A stretch of 64,000 nt of DNA, taken from Lingula anatina. Taxonomy: Eukaryota; Animalia; Brachiopoda. The translations under genes were made by a program, and so were the position numbers. Shown here piece after piece: positions 57,901-64,000 of this stretch (position 1 is its first letter; every line of letters begins with the position of its first letter). Under the pieces are notes generated by a model, which ran no database searches, was not told the DNA's origin, and saw only the letters and a list, made by a program, of their open reading frames with translations. The stretch lies in assembly GCA_051362555.1 (NCBI GenBank), contig CM120640.1, forward strand, positions 25,530,225-25,594,224, given 5' to 3'.

Positions 57901-58250
57901 GATGTAAACAAATACTTTGACCAATCATACCGGCATAAAAGTTTGATATCGAATAGCTACAGCTAGTGCAAACATACCCAGACTGCTCATATGATTAGCT
58001 ACATAAGCCAATGGACAGTTAATAATTAAATCTCCTTAATTTTGATATTTAGTTAAAACTTTACACCCTTATGAATGTTGCCTTGCTTAGGGCTGTACTG
58101 TCTGTAGCCGTACTGCCTTAATTTTGCATTACCTGCGATTGCTCCTTTCAGCAGTTTCTGAGCTGAAGGTCCCCCACTTTTTCCTCTTCCTCCAGCTGGT
58201 GTTGATACAACATTCGACTGGATAGATTTGGGTTTTTCTCCGCGATCCAT
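48607..58250 (-). CDS. SLC25A1: Mitochondrial tricarboxylate (citrate) carrier, 7 coding exons
   Basis: Exons 58250-58133, 53441-53231, 51838-51753, 50212-50075, 49705-49476, 49302-49229, 48721-48607. Motifs [94 protein letters not shown]. Confidence 0.96.
48858..49069 (-). mobile_element. PIF/Harbinger-type MITE, inverted copy of 54813-55028
   Basis: Reverse complement of its right end (gactgggttcccatacttagatcgatccatctggatcaacctaactccctg) matches the left end of the 54813 element; in the last SLC25A1 intron. Confidence 0.75.
50604..50630. mobile_element. 27-bp palindromic insert with perfect 7-bp TSD
   Basis: caaggagttat-aacag-ataactccttg flanked by caataat (50597-50603 and 50631-50637). 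Confidence 0.65.
51921..51980. repeat. (GT)n(GA)n compound microsatellite
   Basis: Directly visible in SLC25A1 intron 2. Confidence 0.9.
52582..52813. repeat. Tandem duplication, 2 x about 116 bp
   Basis: aaactgtc.gcagctgaaagtctg.ctcacgttctt...aatgaggca.tgaaact repeated head-to-tail (52582-52697, 52698-52813) with scattered substitutions. Confidence 0.9.
54813..55028 (+). mobile_element. PIF/Harbinger-type MITE
   Basis: Imperfect TIR gactgcattcccacagattt / aaatctgggggaacgcagtc; TSD taa (54810-54812, 55029-55031); in SLC25A1 intron 1. Confidence 0.8.
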
Positions 58251-58462
58251 CCTAACTAATAAGCATGTAGTAGAAGCTTGGTACACGGACCAGTCAAGTT
58301 TGTGCCATACAGAGACGATACTGAACTTTGACCTTCAGTACCGCGAAATCTCGCGTGAAATTCCTTGCTTTAAAAAAATAGAGGGCAGCACTTTGTTGCT
58401 CTGTAAAACAATTGTGTTCCTGCTGCTGCCCCCTTTTGGTAAAATTGGAAAACCTTTGTTTT

Positions 58463-58492
58463 GTTTTAGCAACGTGACTGTTGCTATGTTAC
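58463..58492 (+). promoter_or_regulatory. Candidate RFX X-box elements upstream of TEKT1
   Basis: tagcaac (58467-58473) and gttgctatgttac (58480-58492) resemble X-box half-sites, just before a non-coding first exon ending at donor AAG|gtaagc (58589). Confidence 0.45.
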
Positions 58493-59048
58493 TGGGTCTA
58501 TGAAAGCAGCAACACGTCTTTCATTCGTAAGCAGAGTTTAGACGGATCAGTCTGCTGAACTTGTGGTGTTACAGTGACAATTCAAAAAGGTAAGCATAAA
58601 CTCAAGATATTTTAAACGAAACGATCTCGAAGGAATATGAACAAACGATTTTGAATAAAACGTTGAAATAAGAATTTGATGAATCGATTATTTTTGCCAT
58701 TGCCGAGATGTAAAACTTTTTAATGCCACTCACACTTACTTAGATTTAGTTGTAGTCGAATCTAAATATTCAGTTGTGTTTATTGATATTCTCTATAAAT
58801 CTATACAATCTAAATCTGCATAATTGTGGAGACTCTTTGCAAATACTCAGTAGACACAAACATATAAAGAAAAAATTAATGCATACTTGTTTATCCGTAT
58901 TATTTGTTTGATTGTAATTGTTTTAGTGGTTTACCGGTGACACATTTTTGTAAGTTCATCTGTTTTCTTGAGGAACAAATATCAAACAAGTCAAATACAG
59001 TGAGAAATATAATAAGCAGTTTAACAATTTTTTCAGACTCTCATCAGA

Positions 59049-61415
<2,367 letters not shown>

Positions 61416-62301
61416 AATGTAAATGAACACAAATTAGAGAAAATTAGGAATTGGGATGAACTTATAATGACTGCATCATGGCATAATATATGAACTATGG
61501 AGTTAATGATTGTGAAAATAGTAAACCAGAAGATCCGAATACTGTGTGCACCTTATCTTTATATGTGGCATAAGTTTTGTTCTTGCTGGTAAATGAATTT
61601 TCTTTTAATATGCTTCTGTTCCAGTTTACTTTTAGTCAAAGATGCAGTATGTTATGATCTTTCAATTTATTTTCATTCATATGTAAAGAACATGTCATGT
61701 ACATCTGTAAATAAATATAACATATACACATATTATGCATTTTCTTGGGTTTTTACTAATGTTAAAATGCATCAAGAAAATTAAATAATATGATTTCTGT
61801 AACTTAACTAACATTTTAAAATATATTATAAAAAAGAAAAGTCATTTATCATAAGAATAAACAAACGAAGCTTTCATCTATGTTTTTCATAAGACAACAC
61901 TTTGCAATTTTCCATATAACCATTGTATAGTTTGAATTAATTTATCTGATCAGTTAAATTCTTTAATTTTTCAAAAATTTCTTAGATAATTGAATATTTT
62001 TTAGTCTCATGGAGTTTTGTGCCCTCAAAAAACACAAAATGCATATGAGTTAGGGTCTGCACAATGATATATATGAAAAATAATCACCATTCTAGATCAT
62101 GTTTAAGAAAAATGTTTATCTTTTATTTTCACTGCAATGGCCAATGTATAGTTCTCATGGTACTCCTGTGAAGATCCACTAAACTAAATTTTTCCTAGCA
62201 GTCAAATTATACATTGGCTTCTGCCAAATGCATGTAACTGATTTATCAGCACACATTTTTTTCAATCCATAAAATCAAAATATCCTCATCACTTTGAGCC
62301 T

Positions 62302-63954
62302 TTAACCAGGGTTGTATCTTTCAAAGAGAACAACAAGTTCACAATGACTAGTGTGTGGAAACAGGTCCACAGGTATGGCTTTCACTGGTATAAATGGGGG
62401 ACCCTTCATCTTCTTAGACTCTGGGCGTACAAAGCTAAAAAAAAAATGAAAGAAAACTTGAATTAATTTCTGATGAACAACGTCATTTCAATGTTTCTGT
62501 GTAACTTACTTTAAGCTAAGTATACTTAAATCTATATAGACAAAAAATGCAGTCAACATGAGCTGCAATTTTTTCTCAAGTCCAAAGTAGTGCACTTACT
62601 CTAAAAAATTTGACTGTACAACACTTTTGGGGCTACAAGACACAAATATCACTCTATTCAAAGCATGGCATCTCCTGATAGCATGGATAACCTTGGGGTC
62701 TGAAAGTGAAAGCAATCAGCAATGTAATTATGAACTAGTTCTACATTTATCACAATTAAATTGTATTAAATACAACATTACCTTGCATAATACCACTCTA
62801 TTAAAATAATTCATTAAGCAAACCTTATGGCTTTTAAGTTATTTTTTTCAGATAGTCAGCACATTAAAACAATATTTCTTAAACTACACAATCATTTCCT
62901 TTCAAAAATGCCAGAAAAATATATTATTGTGCCAGCTATGTGAATGTAGTATGAAGTACAAATAATCACAAACTATTTCTTACGTAGGCCTGCCCTGGGA
63001 GGATCTACCACTGCTACTGCATTTCCCCAGCATGGACGGCTGGATACCAGTTCAGGGAGAACATCCTCTGCTTTGCCACAGTGGAATTCCACATTGCTGA
63101 TATCTAAAAAATAATTGACATTATTATTATTATTATGAAATTTTAGTCACCTGAATCACATTTGGAAATTCACATTTTATTGTTCTCGGCTACATTTACA
63201 AACTATATACAGGCAATTTTAATTCACTACACGCATGCATACACACAAAACAGGGAAAAAATTGCACAGTTTCATGACTGTTGGATTTAGTGCTTCATAA
63301 AACATATCACCTACCATTTAGTTGTGCATTATGTTTGGCATCCTCAATGGCCTGTGGCACCATCTCTATACCTATTACCTTCTTCACTCTCTGAAATAAA
63401 GAGTTGAAATTCAACCCTAATTAATTAAAGCTCTCTTAAAGTTGTTAACCAAAAGACCACTTCAGACACTCAGAATCCGAAAAAGATATTATTCAAGAAA
63501 TATTTACATGGGTCTACTTCATGACAGAACCACATTCCACCTGCATTCTCTGACAAGAAAATGTTAAGGTAGGAACTATTTAATTCTAAATAGAAGTAGC
63601 TATTACACTTTCCAGAGCACAACTACACTAGCATTGTTAGTAGAAAAGCTCTTCATCTGCAGTCAGTTAATGCCATACCTTTAAAGACTGTGTGAAGCAT
63701 CAACAATAATACAAGATTTCTTTATAAATTATTTTTTTCAGATAGTCAGCACATTAAAACAATATTGTGTGAAGCATCAACAATAATACAAGATTTCTTT
63801 ATAAAATACATAAAATTTAAGCTAACCTTGGCCAATGTAAGTCCAATAGTGCCCGTTCCACAACAAATGTCCAAGACGGTGACATCAGTGTTGATATTCT
63901 CTAAGCACCAGTCACCAACGACTTGATACAACACCTCGGTGGCCAGAGTGTTGA
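62302..63954 (-). CDS. TRMT2A: tRNA (uracil-5-)-methyltransferase TRM2 homolog, last 5 exons (gene continues beyond window)
   Basis: Exons 63954-63827 ([10 protein letters not shown]...[13 protein letters not shown]), 63390-63315 ([16 protein letters not shown]), 63103-62984 (CGKAEDV...VVDPPRAGL), 62699-62600 (IFVSCSP), 62433-62302 ([14 protein letters not shown]). Confidence 0.9.
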
Positions 63955-64000
63955 CTGTGGAAGAAAGGCGGGTGTTTTACCTTAATATTCTGTGCTCTAG

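Noticed and set aside
30989-58250. DHCR7 plus SLC25A1 as a lipid-synthesis gene cluster
   Set aside because: Only two loosely related genes separated by an unrelated one; no shared regulation visible.

Overview
AT-rich, intron-containing, gene-dense animal DNA; an invertebrate, and lophotrochozoan/mollusc-like by inference from the proteins and repeats. By splicing exons by eye I reconstruct 10 protein-coding genes: TADA3(-), PIGV(+), an unrecognised 91-aa single-pass membrane microprotein(+), PLK1(-), PINX1(+), an intronless-CDS sterol delta7-reductase of plant DWF5/bacterial type(+), a membrane-anchored C2-less copine/vWA protein(+), SLC25A1(-), TEKT1(+) and the 3' part of TRMT2A(-). Three pairs are head-to-head: TADA3/PIGV, PLK1/PINX1 and SLC25A1/TEKT1. 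Mobile DNA includes a decayed Tc1 (DD34E) element, PIF/Harbinger-type MITEs with TAA TSDs, CAG...CTG MITEs with 5-bp TSDs, and two ultra-short palindromes with 7-bp TSDs. I see no CRISPR array, rRNA or tRNA, and I cannot support one large novel multi-gene system. The best leads are the non-vertebrate-type DHCR7, the microprotein, the PLK1/PINX1 shared promoter, a histone H4-tail mimic in TADA3, and inverted MITEs bracketing SLC25A1 exons 2-6. Coordinates were read manually and protein identities are from recalled family motifs, not database searches.
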